Shown: positions 10,728 to 19,463 of the stretch, piece after piece
Position numbering within the stretch: the stretch's first letter is position 1
Layout: every line of letters starts with the position of its first letter
Notes under the pieces: model-generated
Database searches by the model: none
What the model saw: only the letters and a program-made list of their open reading frames with translations
What the model was told of the DNA's origin: nothing
Assembly: GCA_037444725.1 (NCBI GenBank)
Contig: JBBILW010000003.1
Span: forward strand, 1-38,804
Source: Candidatus Jorgensenbacteria bacterium
GTDB taxonomy: Bacteria; Patescibacteriota; Minisyncoccia; UBA6257; GWB1-50-10
DNA: 38,804 bases
Direction of reading: 5' to 3'
Program-made: the position numbers and the translations under genes

Positions 10728-11657
10728 ATGAAGAATCTCTCAATAATCTTCGTCCTCTTTCTCATTGTGTTCGGAATATTTGTCGTTGCGCAGGTATTGA
10801 GAGGCGATGGCCTCCTTACGTGGATTCATCTTCCCAAGCTCGGCGCAGGCTCGACATTGGGCTCGTATATTGAGATGCCAAAAAACGGCGATCGCGTGCT
10901 CTATCCAAAGGAGTCCGGCCCGGTATCGGGAGGTGCGGCAACTGCGCTACCGCAGGAAGCAACCGCATCGAATAACTCTCCCTATTATAAAAAAGTGTAT
11001 TTCGGTTCCATGCAGCGCCCGTATACGGCGAATGATACGCGTGCTTCTTTTACGCTCTATGCGGATTCGTCGCTCAGTGCTCCGATTGATATAACGGGTT
11101 GGAAAGTGAAGGGGAATGGCGCGTACGGATTTGTACTCCCTACGGCAGTCGCAAGTTTTGAACGCACCATGATTATGTACACCTCCGCATTCCACGGCAC
11201 GGACCATATTGTGTTGCGCTCCGGCGATTACGCGACATTTTACAGTGCCGCGAGCCCCATGAGCGGCGTGAGCTTGCGCCTCAATAAGTGCACGGGGTAT
11301 CTCAATGAAAACTACAGTTTTTCACCGAGCCTGCCGTATGAGTGTCCGCGCATTGAGAGTCCTCGCACGGCGTATTTTACGGGTAAGTGTCAGGAATATT
11401 TGAGGACAATTAGTTCGTGCCATACGCCGACGCAGGAATCGATAAACGCCTCGCTTGATGTGAGTGATGTCGAGTGCCGCGCGTTTATAAGCAGGCTGAC
11501 CTACGACGGCTGCTTTGCGGACCATCGTGCCGATGCGGATTTCTACTCGCGCGAGTGGCGGGTATGGTTAAACCAGTTATTGCCGTTTGATGTATTGCAC
11601 GACAGAATCGTGCTCTATGACAATCAGGGGCTCGTGGTAAACGAGTACACGTACTAG
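10728..11657 (+). CDS. Secreted/membrane-anchored Cys-rich hypothetical protein (lamin-tail-like segments)
   Basis: N-terminal TM; IDITGWKV and DRIVLYDNQGLVV lamin-tail-like motifs; several Cys. Confidence 0.6.
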   Translation: MKNLSIIFVLFLIVFGIFVVAQVLRGDGLLTWIHLPKLGAGSTLGSYIEMPKNGDRVLYPKESGPVSGGAATALPQEATASNNSPYYKKVYFGSMQRPYTANDTRASFTLYADSSLSAPIDITGWKVKGNGAYGFVLPTAVASFERTMIMYTSAFHGTDHIVLRSGDYATFYSAASPMSGVSLRLNKCTGYLNENYSFSPSLPYECPRIESPRTAYFTGKCQEYLRTISSCHTPTQESINASLDVSDVECRAFISRLTYDGCFADHRADADFYSREWRVWLNQLLPFDVLHDRIVLYDNQGLVVNEYTY

Positions 11658-12700
11658 GAGCGTTCGGTGAGCGTAACTGAAATTTTCTCTTCAGCTTCAT
11701 CACGGAGAAGCGTGAGAGTTACCACTTCACCCACAGCACTTGTCTCGAGATAGTCCTGGATACTCATGTCCGGGACTATTTTTTTACCATTCCAGGCGAG
11801 AATGATGTCGTTCTCGCGGATGCCCGCTCTGTCCGCTGGGCTTGATGCGACCACCGCGCTGTCCATCGGGTGTTCTTTCGTGATGAGCGCTCCGTAATCT
11901 ACGGGAAGATGAAGTTTTTCTTTGAAATCGGGATTAATCATGAGGTAGCGCACGCCAAACAGTGGACGGCGGATGCGCCCGTATTTTTTGACGTCGGCAA
12001 GATCGCGCGCGGCGGCATTAATAGGAATGGCAAAGCTGATATTTTCTGCGCCGGTGACTACAGCCGCGTTAATGCCGATAACTTCGCCGAAAATATTGAC
12101 GAGCGGTCCGCCCGAGTTGCCGGGGTTGATTGCGGCATCGGTCTGGATGAGGCCGCGCATTTCCTGTGCGGGCGCCTTGGGGTCGGCATGCGCCGAAACG
12201 GCACGGGAGAGACCCGATACAAGCCCCATCGATACGGTGTTTTTAAAAATGCCGAGCGCGTTGCCGAATGCGAGCACGGTCTGCCCGAGCTCGATTTCGT
12301 TGGAATTACCGAGGCGCACAGTGGGGAGTGACTTGTTCGCGGAAATGCTTAAAATTGCCACGTCGTCTACCGGATCGCGGGCGAGAAGTGTTGCGGGGTA
12401 GGTTACGCCGTCATTCGTGATAACGGAATAAGCCACGTTGGGCTCTTCTATTACGTGCCGATTGGTGAGGATGATACCTTTTTTGTCTACTATAAAGCCG
12501 GACCCTCCGCCAACTTCCACCATGCCGTGCGCATCCACCTTTTCCGGAGGGATATTGAAGTGTGCTTGGGCGGATTTCCGTTTGTGCGCGCTCTCAAACT
12601 CCTTTTCCAGGTCCTCAAGTTTGCGCGTTAAAACTACCGACACGACCGCCGGCATTACGTTGCGTACTGTTTTTACAATTCTCGAATTCTCGCGTCTCAT
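11654..12700 (-). CDS. HtrA/DegP-like serine protease with PDZ domain
   Basis: GSGF, TNRHV, QTDAAINPGNSGGPL, C-terminal PDZ; no obvious signal peptide. Confidence 0.93.
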   Translation of the reverse strand: MRRENSRIVKTVRNVMPAVVSVVLTRKLEDLEKEFESAHKRKSAQAHFNIPPEKVDAHGMVEVGGGSGFIVDKKGIILTNRHVIEEPNVAYSVITNDGVTYPATLLARDPVDDVAILSISANKSLPTVRLGNSNEIELGQTVLAFGNALGIFKNTVSMGLVSGLSRAVSAHADPKAPAQEMRGLIQTDAAINPGNSGGPLVNIFGEVIGINAAVVTGAENISFAIPINAAARDLADVKKYGRIRRPLFGVRYLMINPDFKEKLHLPVDYGALITKEHPMDSAVVASSPADRAGIRENDIILAWNGKKIVPDMSIQDYLETSAVGEVVTLTLLRDEAEEKISVTLTERS

Positions 12701-12744
12701 GCATTCATTGTATCAAACAATGGGGCGCGAGCGTTGCGGGAATA

Positions 12745-13299
12745 TTACTTTTTACAGATGTATACAAACGCAGGGGGCAGGTTCTGCCATGCGATGCGCG
12801 AAGTGCTGACCGATGCAAAGGTTTGTTTCAGAAGTTTTTTGAAGCGCACACCACCGGGCAAAAATTGACTGTGCACGTAGGCAAAAGTGACGAATGTCCC
12901 GCCATCGCACAATGAGCGATGAGCGGCGCTCAGCGTTTCTTTTTGAATGTCCTCGCTGAAAATGGTCCAAGGAAGCCCAGAAATAATGCGGTCGCAGCAT
13001 GTTTTGCCGTTTTCTGCGAGATGGCGCTCAATTGAAGATGCAGAATCTTCATAAAAGTGCACTGAAGGGAAATGAGCGCGCAATTGCTCCATAAAATCAT
13101 GGTCCCGCTCTATCGCAAGATAGAAAGCGTCGCGGGGAAGCTTTTGAAGTGCGGCATGTGTAAACACACCCGTGCCGGGGCCGAATTCAACAACGGCATG
13201 AGCGGAGCGGAGATCTGCGAGGTCGGTAATGAGTTCCGACAATTCGTTTCCCGAAGCGGCGATTGCCCCCGCGATGTGAGGTTTTCTAAAGAAGTCCAA
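12745..13299 (-). CDS. Class I SAM methyltransferase, phospholipid N-methyltransferase (PmtA)-like
   Basis: VVEFGPGTGVFT, IISGLPW, NLPPAFVY motifs; TTG start. Confidence 0.8.
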   Translation of the reverse strand: MDFFRKPHIAGAIAASGNELSELITDLADLRSAHAVVEFGPGTGVFTHAALQKLPRDAFYLAIERDHDFMEQLRAHFPSVHFYEDSASSIERHLAENGKTCCDRIISGLPWTIFSEDIQKETLSAAHRSLCDGGTFVTFAYVHSQFLPGGVRFKKLLKQTFASVSTSRIAWQNLPPAFVYICKK

Positions 13300-13377
13300 T
13301 ACGCTCCATTATACGGCGGAATGTCGCGCGGGTAAATAAAAACGCCCGCGTGCGATGCGCGGGCGTCTATATCGTTT

Positions 13378-13947
13378 CTACTCCTCGAATCTCGGCATGC
13401 CGCTTGCAGAATCAATCGAGAGCATCAGCGGGTACTTCCATTCCCGCATGAGCTCCTTGATCCGCGAGAGCTCGAGCGGGGGGATTGGCGCCACGTCGGG
13501 CGGCAGCGCAACGAGTGTGCCATTCTTGCGTACGTACTTCTTGCCGTCAATCACCTCGACTTCGTAAGTGTTGTGAGCCCGATGTTCCGGATCGCATTCT
13601 CTGGCTCGTCGCGAGTAGTCGCGGATTGCATTGCCATGTTCACCGCAAAGGAGGTGCAGCTCCGCGACGTCGCACCCCTTTTCGTGCGCGAAGCCTTCGA
13701 AAAACAGCAAGTACAACTGGCGCAGCGGCACAATCTTCATGCAGCGCGAGCAGTAACCGAGCTTCCGCTCAGCAAGCTCCGCCTTGAAGAGCTCGAGCCA
13801 CTTCGCATTGTACTTCTCCACAAACTGGCGCAATTCCCGCTGGCGCGCGTCAAGCTTCTGCCGCAGATGTCCGATGATGCGCTCGGCCTCTCGTGTCTGA
13901 TGTATCAGAAAGTTGAGCTCGCAGTTGCATGTATCTCTGCCTTGCAT
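13378..13947 (-). CDS. Hypothetical protein (coiled coil + CxxC...CxxH)
   Basis: Open frame with AAAGGGG SD before ATG 13947; terminator at about 13338-13367. Confidence 0.6.
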   Translation of the reverse strand: MQGRDTCNCELNFLIHQTREAERIIGHLRQKLDARQRELRQFVEKYNAKWLELFKAELAERKLGYCSRCMKIVPLRQLYLLFFEGFAHEKGCDVAELHLLCGEHGNAIRDYSRRARECDPEHRAHNTYEVEVIDGKKYVRKNGTLVALPPDVAPIPPLELSRIKELMREWKYPLMLSIDSASGMPRFEE

Positions 13948-14051
13948 AAACGCCCCTTTTGGGTTGGAGATATGTACTGCGGACATCCTACGCCTCAAAT
14001 ATTAGAAAAGCAACATAAACAAAAAAGCGCCTTTCGGCGCCTTTTTTTGTG

Positions 14052-14138
14052 CGGAGGGGGAGAGATTTGAACTCTCGAGGGACTTTCATCCCTGCACGAT
14101 TTCGAGTCGTGTGCCTTCGACCACTCAGCCACCCCTCC
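14052..14138 (-). tRNA. tRNA-Ser(CGA)
   Basis: GGAGGGG acceptor, anticodon arm CACGA-CTCGAAA-TCGTG, long variable arm, GTTCAAATC T loop. Confidence 0.95.
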
Positions 14139-14160
14139 TTATGTGCTGCGCATTCTTGTG

Positions 14161-14232
14161 TGCCCTCGCGAGGAATCGAACCTCGATCGACTCGTTAGGA
14201 GTGAGCCGTTCTATCCATTGAACTACAAGGGC
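14161..14232 (-). tRNA. tRNA-Arg(CCT)
   Basis: GCCCTTG...GAGGGCA; anticodon arm GCTCA-CTCCTAA-CGAGT with one A-C mismatch. Confidence 0.9.
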
Positions 14233-14285
14233 TCCCATGCACGGCAATCTATTTATACGATAAGTCGGAGGCGGTGTAAAGAATA

Positions 14286-14314
14286 TTGCCGTTTTTAAAA
14301 GGTTTCGGTATGAT
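14286..14314 (+). promoter_or_regulatory. Sigma70-type promoter for tRNA-Val/tRNA-Ala
   Basis: TTGCCG-17 nt-TATGAT, 11 nt upstream of tRNA-Val. Confidence 0.65.
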
Positions 14315-14325
14315 AGTTGAGTTCA

Positions 14326-14397
14326 GGGCGTTTAGCTCAGTGGTAGAGCGTCACATTGACATTGTGAAGGTCGCAGGTTCAATCCCTGCAACGCCCA
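14326..14397 (+). tRNA. tRNA-Val(GAC)
   Basis: GGGCGTT/AACGCCC acceptor; TCACA-TTGACAT-TGTGA. Confidence 0.95.
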
Positions 14398-14408
14398 CAG
14401 AAATTTCC

Positions 14409-14479
14409 GGGCCTATAGTAAAGTGGCATTACGCCTCCATGGCATGGAGGAGGTCGGGGTTCGATTCCCCGTAGGTCCA
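14409..14479 (+). tRNA. tRNA-Ala(GGC)
   Basis: G3-U70 acceptor GGGCCTA/TAGGTCC; CCTCC-ATGGCAT-GGAGG. Confidence 0.95.
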
Positions 14480-14654
14480 CAATCATTAAACACCGCTCTT
14501 GTGAGCGGTGTTTTGATTTGTCATACTAAGGGGAATCGAACGGGAAGGGGGTCGGGGAAACGGGAGTTTCCCCGTGGCGGAGCACACGAACCGCTGGGTT
14601 CGTGAGAGGCGAGTAATATGCGCGAGCCGACGTTCGCTTCCCCGTAGGTCCACA
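14480..14654 (+). repeat. tRNA-trailing element, copy A (terminator, inverted tRNA-Ala 3' end, 62-nt core, direct tRNA-Ala 3' end)
   Basis: Inverted copy 14518-14541 (19/24); core 14542-14603; direct copy gttcgcttccccgtaggtccaca 14632-14654 (22/23 vs 14459-14481). Confidence 0.9.
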
Positions 14655-14655
14655 C

Positions 14656-14967
14656 ATGAAAAAGTACCAGGAAGAACTGGACAAATGGTTCAAGGAACAT
14701 AACTGGGAATACTGGTCGCCCCTTTCTATCCTTGCGCGCTTATTTGAAGAGGGAGGAGAATTCGCTCGTCTCGTGAATCATCTCTACGGCGACAAGCCAA
14801 AAAAGAGCAGCGAAAAAGAACAGGAGCTCGAAGAGGAGATAGGAGACATTCTTTATACGCTTATCTGCTTCGCGAATGCGAATAATGTTGATCTCGACCG
14901 AGCGATACGGAAGAGCATCGACAAAGTGACGGTGCGGGATAAAGATAGATTTAACAAAACAAAATGA
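14656..14967 (+). CDS. MazG-like nucleotide pyrophosphohydrolase (YpjD-like)
   Basis: ARLFEEGGEFAR...EEEIGDILY...VRDKDRF. Confidence 0.9.
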   Translation: MKKYQEELDKWFKEHNWEYWSPLSILARLFEEGGEFARLVNHLYGDKPKKSSEKEQELEEEIGDILYTLICFANANNVDLDRAIRKSIDKVTVRDKDRFNKTK

Positions 14968-15278
14968 AGAAAAACGAATATATTTTGAAAAGCTTTATGC
15001 GCGCGGGCGGAGTTTTTGCATATGTATCCGCGCTCGTTTCTATTGCCTTCCTTACACAGGGAATGTCAAAAAACTTTCCGGATATTCTTGCGCCGGTTTT
15101 CATGCTGACCATATTCATCATCTCGGCATCAGTAACGGGCTATCTCGTTCTTGGAAAACCTATCGAGCTCTATCTTGGCGGAGCAAAGCGTGAAGCGGTC
15201 AAAATGCTCTTCGCGACCATAGCGTGGCTCGCCCTCTTCCTTATTGTTGTGGCTGGAGTGCTTATTCTCGCTCAGTAG
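14964..15278 (+). CDS. Small membrane protein (about 3 TM)
   Basis: Three hydrophobic stretches; 4-nt overlap with the MazG gene. Confidence 0.75.
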   Translation: MKKNEYILKSFMRAGGVFAYVSALVSIAFLTQGMSKNFPDILAPVFMLTIFIISASVTGYLVLGKPIELYLGGAKREAVKMLFATIAWLALFLIVVAGVLILAQ

Positions 15279-15282
15279 AAAT

Positions 15283-15317
15283 AAAAAACCGCCCAATGTA
15301 GCAAGGGGCGGTTTTTT
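15283..15317. terminator. Bidirectional intrinsic terminator
   Basis: aaaaaaccgcc...ggcggtttttt. Confidence 0.8.
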
Positions 15318-15318
15318 G

Positions 15319-15396
15319 TTATCGGTGGCGCAAGCTTACCTTCTTGCCTGCCTTTTTTGCGTGCTTCTTGCGCGCTACCTTTCGCTTCTTATTCAT
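15319..15396 (-). CDS. 25-aa Lys/Arg-rich peptide MNKKRKVARKKHAKKAGKKVSLRHR
   Basis: ATG..TAA frame, preceded by TTGTGC-17-TATAAT and ending at the bidirectional terminator; not in ORF track. Confidence 0.6.
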   Translation of the reverse strand: MNKKRKVARKKHAKKAGKKVSLRHR

Positions 15397-15481
15397 GTAC
15401 GCCTATTATAGAACAAATACTTCATAGGCACAAGTTTTGTTTACAGAGCGCCGGCTTTCGGGTAGACTGGAATTCATAAAT

Positions 15482-15566
15482 GGAAGGTTGGCAGAGTGGT
15501 CGAATGCGCCGCACTTGAAATGCGGTATGCCGCAAGGCATCGGAGGTTCGAATCCTCCACCTTCCG
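15482..15566 (+). tRNA. tRNA-Ser(TGA)
   Basis: GGAAGGT/ACCTTCC; CCGCA-CTTGAAA-TGCGG; long variable arm; terminator follows. Confidence 0.95.
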
Positions 15567-15700
15567 CACAGAACAAAAAGACGCCGAAAGGCGCTCTTTT
15601 TTGTTGCGCGCAGATTCCGAAGAATTGTCAGTTTTTTGGAGTTGCCTCGTCATACTTATGTCTCACATAAAACACACAGCGATAGAAGGGAGAAGGCGCC

Positions 15701-16165
15701 ATGCGCGAGACACAGAAGGTAATTGGGAGGATAGCGCTCAAGAAGGCAGCGAGACCGGAATACGCCACAGAAATTTGGATAACTGTATCTCCGAGTCTCA
15801 CGGAAGCAATGGTGAGAGATGCCTTAAAGAGCGGTGCGTTTACCGCCACCATGCGATTTGGTGACCGCACCGCGGAAACCATGGATCGGAAAGGAGGGTA
15901 TGTCGTAGGTCGGCCCGTGCGTTTACGCATTCAGTATGCGGACGGGACATTCGCACCGAATGATTGCCGCATTGTCATCACTCGCACCGAAAAGAAGGAA
16001 ATGCGCGAGATAACAGATGCTGATGTGGCAAGGACGATGTTTACGGGCACAACGAAGAAGATGTTTGCAGAGAAGTTTGGCGCAATCTACAAAAGAACCA
16101 TTCATGAAAGCGAAATTATCACCATCGTTACTTTCACGCGAGGAGAACGCAATGAAATCAATTAA
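15701..16165 (+). CDS. Hypothetical protein, ASCH/PUA-like
   Basis: SG-F-TATMRFG ... EITDADVAR ... ITIVTF pattern typical of ASCH domains; SD present. Confidence 0.55.
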   Translation: MRETQKVIGRIALKKAARPEYATEIWITVSPSLTEAMVRDALKSGAFTATMRFGDRTAETMDRKGGYVVGRPVRLRIQYADGTFAPNDCRIVITRTEKKEMREITDADVARTMFTGTTKKMFAEKFGAIYKRTIHESEIITIVTFTRGERNEIN

Positions 16166-17168
16166 GGATTTGCTGGACGTAGGCGGCTGCACGATTGCAG
16201 AAATGCCCGCGGAGAATCCGCGCGAAATAACGGCGCCGCGATATACGGTGGCGCTTATCGAGCACGATTATCCCGCGAGAACGGCGGTCATGTGGAATGC
16301 GGCATATCGTGCATTCGATTTTCCTTTGCAGAACGTGATGCTGGTGGGTTCGGCGTCCGACGCACGACACACCCTTGCGGCTCTCAAGGCCGACCAGGGG
16401 TATCTTGGCGGCGGTGCGGGTGTCGGCTTCAAGGACGAAGTGGTAGAACACCTTGATGAGCTCGACGAGACGGCAAAGCGAGTGGGTGCGGTGAATTTCA
16501 TTTTGAAGACGCACGCAGGGAATCTGCGCGGCTACAACACCGACGGCCTCGGCTTTGCTGAGGGGCTCGAATCGGTCTTCCTTCGGGATGATGAGATGAT
16601 TGCCGGCAAGAAAGTTGTGTTCCTAGGAGCCGGCGCCACGGGAAACGCAATCGCGTTTGCGCTCGCAAACAAAGGCGTGCGTATGACGATTCTGAACCGG
16701 ACAGAGGCAAAAGCGAAGCAGCTTGCCGAGCGCGTGAATAGCGCGTACGGAAGAAAGCTCGCAGCTTTCGGCGGCGAAGACGATGTGGCGCGCGAGATTC
16801 AGACGGCGCACGCAATCGTGAACGTTTCTACGAAGGGAGCGGCAGGCGAGTTCGAGCAGTACTCGGCTCTTGCGCCAGCTCGTCTTCCCGCGAATGCGGA
16901 CAACATCGCCGCAAACCACAAGGCAGCTTCTAAGCTGTTTAGTCTCGTGCCGGTGCGCGCGGTCGTGTGCGACATCGTGCTCGGCACAAAGCCGACTCCG
17001 TTTATCGAAGAGGCGACTCAGCGCGGCTACCGCACGATGGACGGCATTCCCATGGTGGTGAATCAGGGAGTGGAAGCGTTTTGGATTCTGCACAGCGAGG
17101 ATCTGAAACGCAAAGGTCTCACAAAGCGCGATGTGCGCGAGGTGATGGCAGGCGCAGCCAAGAAGTAG
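16152..17168 (+). CDS. aroE: Shikimate dehydrogenase-like oxidoreductase
   Basis: GAVNF, GYNTDGLGF, GAGATG, NRT, DGIPMVVNQG; start MKSIK after AGGAG. Confidence 0.8.
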   Translation: MKSIKDLLDVGGCTIAEMPAENPREITAPRYTVALIEHDYPARTAVMWNAAYRAFDFPLQNVMLVGSASDARHTLAALKADQGYLGGGAGVGFKDEVVEHLDELDETAKRVGAVNFILKTHAGNLRGYNTDGLGFAEGLESVFLRDDEMIAGKKVVFLGAGATGNAIAFALANKGVRMTILNRTEAKAKQLAERVNSAYGRKLAAFGGEDDVAREIQTAHAIVNVSTKGAAGEFEQYSALAPARLPANADNIAANHKAASKLFSLVPVRAVVCDIVLGTKPTPFIEEATQRGYRTMDGIPMVVNQGVEAFWILHSEDLKRKGLTKRDVREVMAGAAKK

Positions 17169-17286
17169 CTTATATTTATTCAACACCGCTCCGGCGGTGT
17201 TTTTTTGACTTATGATCGTAGGGAGTGCTAGGGTGGCACGGTAAGTGGCTCCTTAACATCACGTACTTCGCACAAGGGGGTTCAGC

Positions 17287-17979
17287 ATGGCAGACCTGAG
17301 GAAGTTGGCCGAGCGATTCGTCGTGTTCGAGCGGGAATGGATGCTGAAGAAGGAGTCGGGCATTCTCGTCGATTCTGATGCGAAAATGCTCACGGCGCTT
17401 CTCAACGCGGCCGGATTCGAAGTTGAGCGCGTAGAGATAGGTGTGCTGAACGTGCACGACTACGGGCTTCGGTCACGCATGATGCCCATCAACGTCTCGT
17501 GTCCTTTCCGCGCCAAAGAAGGGCGTGTTACGTATGTGGCAACTTCGTGGCTGAATCAGCTCTGGGAGTTGGTGGCTTCCTCACAGGACGGCGAGTCGAC
17601 AACGTCCGCAGTTGAGATGGTGGAGAAGGAGATTGCGCGGAGCGTTCCTCTCACGCCCATCCCTATCGGTCCGGACGGAGAAGAATTCATCGAGTTCGAG
17701 CCGAACTGCTACGGATTCCTCCATGCAGAGCACGTGCGAGACAATGGCCTGCTCACGTATGGTCCAATTGGGAAACACAAGTACTGCACGGGTAGCATAA
17801 AACGCATCCACGTTTCGGAAGGGTATGATGCGCTGACCTGCGAAAGGTGCAACCTGCGCGTTACCTTTCCGCGGTCCATCGTTGAGGGAAATGTGCGGCG
17901 AGTTGTACTAACATTCGGCGATCTGCGCTTCGCGATGGCGAGGTTGAAGAGGAACGGATGGCGCTGGACGAAGGAATAA
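17287..17979 (+). CDS. Hypothetical protein (C-terminal HxxC...CxxC)
   Basis: 230-aa ORF with its own TTGACT promoter-like site, SD and downstream hairpin. Confidence 0.65.
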   Translation: MADLRKLAERFVVFEREWMLKKESGILVDSDAKMLTALLNAAGFEVERVEIGVLNVHDYGLRSRMMPINVSCPFRAKEGRVTYVATSWLNQLWELVASSQDGESTTSAVEMVEKEIARSVPLTPIPIGPDGEEFIEFEPNCYGFLHAEHVRDNGLLTYGPIGKHKYCTGSIKRIHVSEGYDALTCERCNLRVTFPRSIVEGNVRRVVLTFGDLRFAMARLKRNGWRWTKE

Positions 17980-18045
17980 ACATGGGGAGCGGGCGAGTAA
18001 ATCGCGCTGCTCCTTTTTATTTGCGCAAAATACGTGCGCGTTCTT

Positions 18046-18354
18046 TTAATTCAGTTGATTCAGTTCTTCGAGGGCGTCCTGCAAGTTATTCAGCGCAGAT
18101 TCCTTTTCTTGTTCATCACCCGCATTCCGGTACTCCTCAATAAGACGCACGCCCTTCTCCGTTCCGCTCAATTCACGGAAAGGACCCGCGAACTGACCAA
18201 TCCAACTCATAGCAAGCTCATTCCTTTGGTTCTGTTTAGCGCCGTGCGTTTTGCCAAATTCTTCAATGAGCGCTTTTTGAATCGCGTTGTGTTCAGCAAG
18301 AGGCAATACACCTTCCTGTTCGGGCTCGCTTGGCTTGAATTGTTCCAAGTTCAT
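18046..18354 (-). CDS. Hypothetical acidic helical protein
   Basis: 102-aa ORF directly downstream of the glycosyltransferase, same strand. Confidence 0.6.
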   Translation of the reverse strand: MNLEQFKPSEPEQEGVLPLAEHNAIQKALIEEFGKTHGAKQNQRNELAMSWIGQFAGPFRELSGTEKGVRLIEEYRNAGDEQEKESALNNLQDALEELNQLN

Positions 18355-18369
18355 AGTATGAGAATATAA

Positions 18370-19461
18370 CTATTTCAAATCCGCAACAAATTGCACGATT
18401 GCCTGCGTGGTATTGCGTGGGAAAAGCGCTCGCATAGCGCGTGAGCGCTCAAGTTTTACTTTTGCGGGTTCATCCCGCAAGGCGAGGATACGCTTCATCG
18501 CGCGCACCGCCGTTTTCTCAACGAATCCAAAACCGCGTTTCGTAAATATATCTACATTCCCTTCTTCCTGAGGTTTCAGATATTTTGTGATGACGACGGG
18601 ACAACCCATCGCGGCCGCTTCCATGACGAATCCGGTGCCCGCCTTGCCAATCGCTACGTCAGCAACGCGGAAGTATTCATCCATGTTATCAATAAAGCCA
18701 AGCACGTGTGCTCGCGGCAGTTCGCGCGCGAGTTTTTCTTTAAGCGCATCATTTTTTCCGCACACGATGATAGGGGTGATGCCGCCGGTCTTTTCAAGAA
18801 GCCATGCGAGGTCCTCGACGAAAGGGTCGGGCGCGGTATGCGCCATGTAGAGCGCGGTATAGGTGTTTGCAGGGATAGAAAGTTTTTTGCGGAGCGCATC
18901 GGCGTCTTTGGATTCGAAGAATGCCGCGCGCAAGGGATACCCCAGCTGAAAAATAGTTTCGGGAGAAGCGCCGAGTTCCTCGAGCGCTGCAACCGTCTCG
19001 GGAAGGGGTGCGATGTGCGCATCGGTGCCCGGTGCATACCAATAGGCATGTAGCGTTTCAAGGTCAGTCACAACGGAGACGAGCTGAAACGTGTGTTTTG
19101 ATTTGAGTTCGGCTATCACGCGATTCGCGGCAGGGAAGGTGGTCACAATCGTATCCGGGCGCATCTGTGAGATGTACGCATCAAGATTTGCGGAGACTTT
19201 TGCGGGCGCTATGGCGACGATGGCATCAAGAACGGTATTCGAGTCGGTAGCGGCAGCGAGTCCGCGATGGAGGAGGGGAACGTGCGTGGTTGCAAAATTG
19301 AAAAGTTCTTTTGTGATGCGTTCGGTGAAGGTGCCGATGATGTCTTTGAAATCAAAAATCTCGGCGCTATGGCCCTGACGCACGAACTCGGCGCGCAACG
19401 CTTCCGCGGGCGTTTTGTGCCCGCTGCCGTATTCGGATGTAACGATAAGAATCTTTTTCAC
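18370..19461 (-). CDS. MGDG synthase/UgtP-like diacylglycerol glycosyltransferase
   Basis: YGSGHKTPAEAL, VVTD...HAYW, VCGKND, GKAG, QEEGN; GTG start at 19461 (the longer ORF overlaps tRNA-Leu). Confidence 0.85.
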   Translation of the reverse strand: MKKILIVTSEYGSGHKTPAEALRAEFVRQGHSAEIFDFKDIIGTFTERITKELFNFATTHVPLLHRGLAAATDSNTVLDAIVAIAPAKVSANLDAYISQMRPDTIVTTFPAANRVIAELKSKHTFQLVSVVTDLETLHAYWYAPGTDAHIAPLPETVAALEELGASPETIFQLGYPLRAAFFESKDADALRKKLSIPANTYTALYMAHTAPDPFVEDLAWLLEKTGGITPIIVCGKNDALKEKLARELPRAHVLGFIDNMDEYFRVADVAIGKAGTGFVMEAAAMGCPVVITKYLKPQEEGNVDIFTKRGFGFVEKTAVRAMKRILALRDEPAKVKLERSRAMRALFPRNTTQAIVQFVADLK

Positions 19462-19463
19462 GG

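Noticed and set aside
14161-14232. tRNA-Arg(CCT) as a pseudogene
   Set aside because: Only one anticodon-stem mismatch; the other arms are intact
14286-14605. Short ORFs over tRNAs and elements (also 24509-24843, 31242-31563, 30243-30485)
   Set aside because: They are translations of tRNA and repeat sequence
15567-15625. Possible remnant of the inverted tRNA-end copy after tRNA-Ser(TGA) (tgcgcgcagattccgaa)
   Set aside because: Match too short and degenerate; no core or direct copy follows
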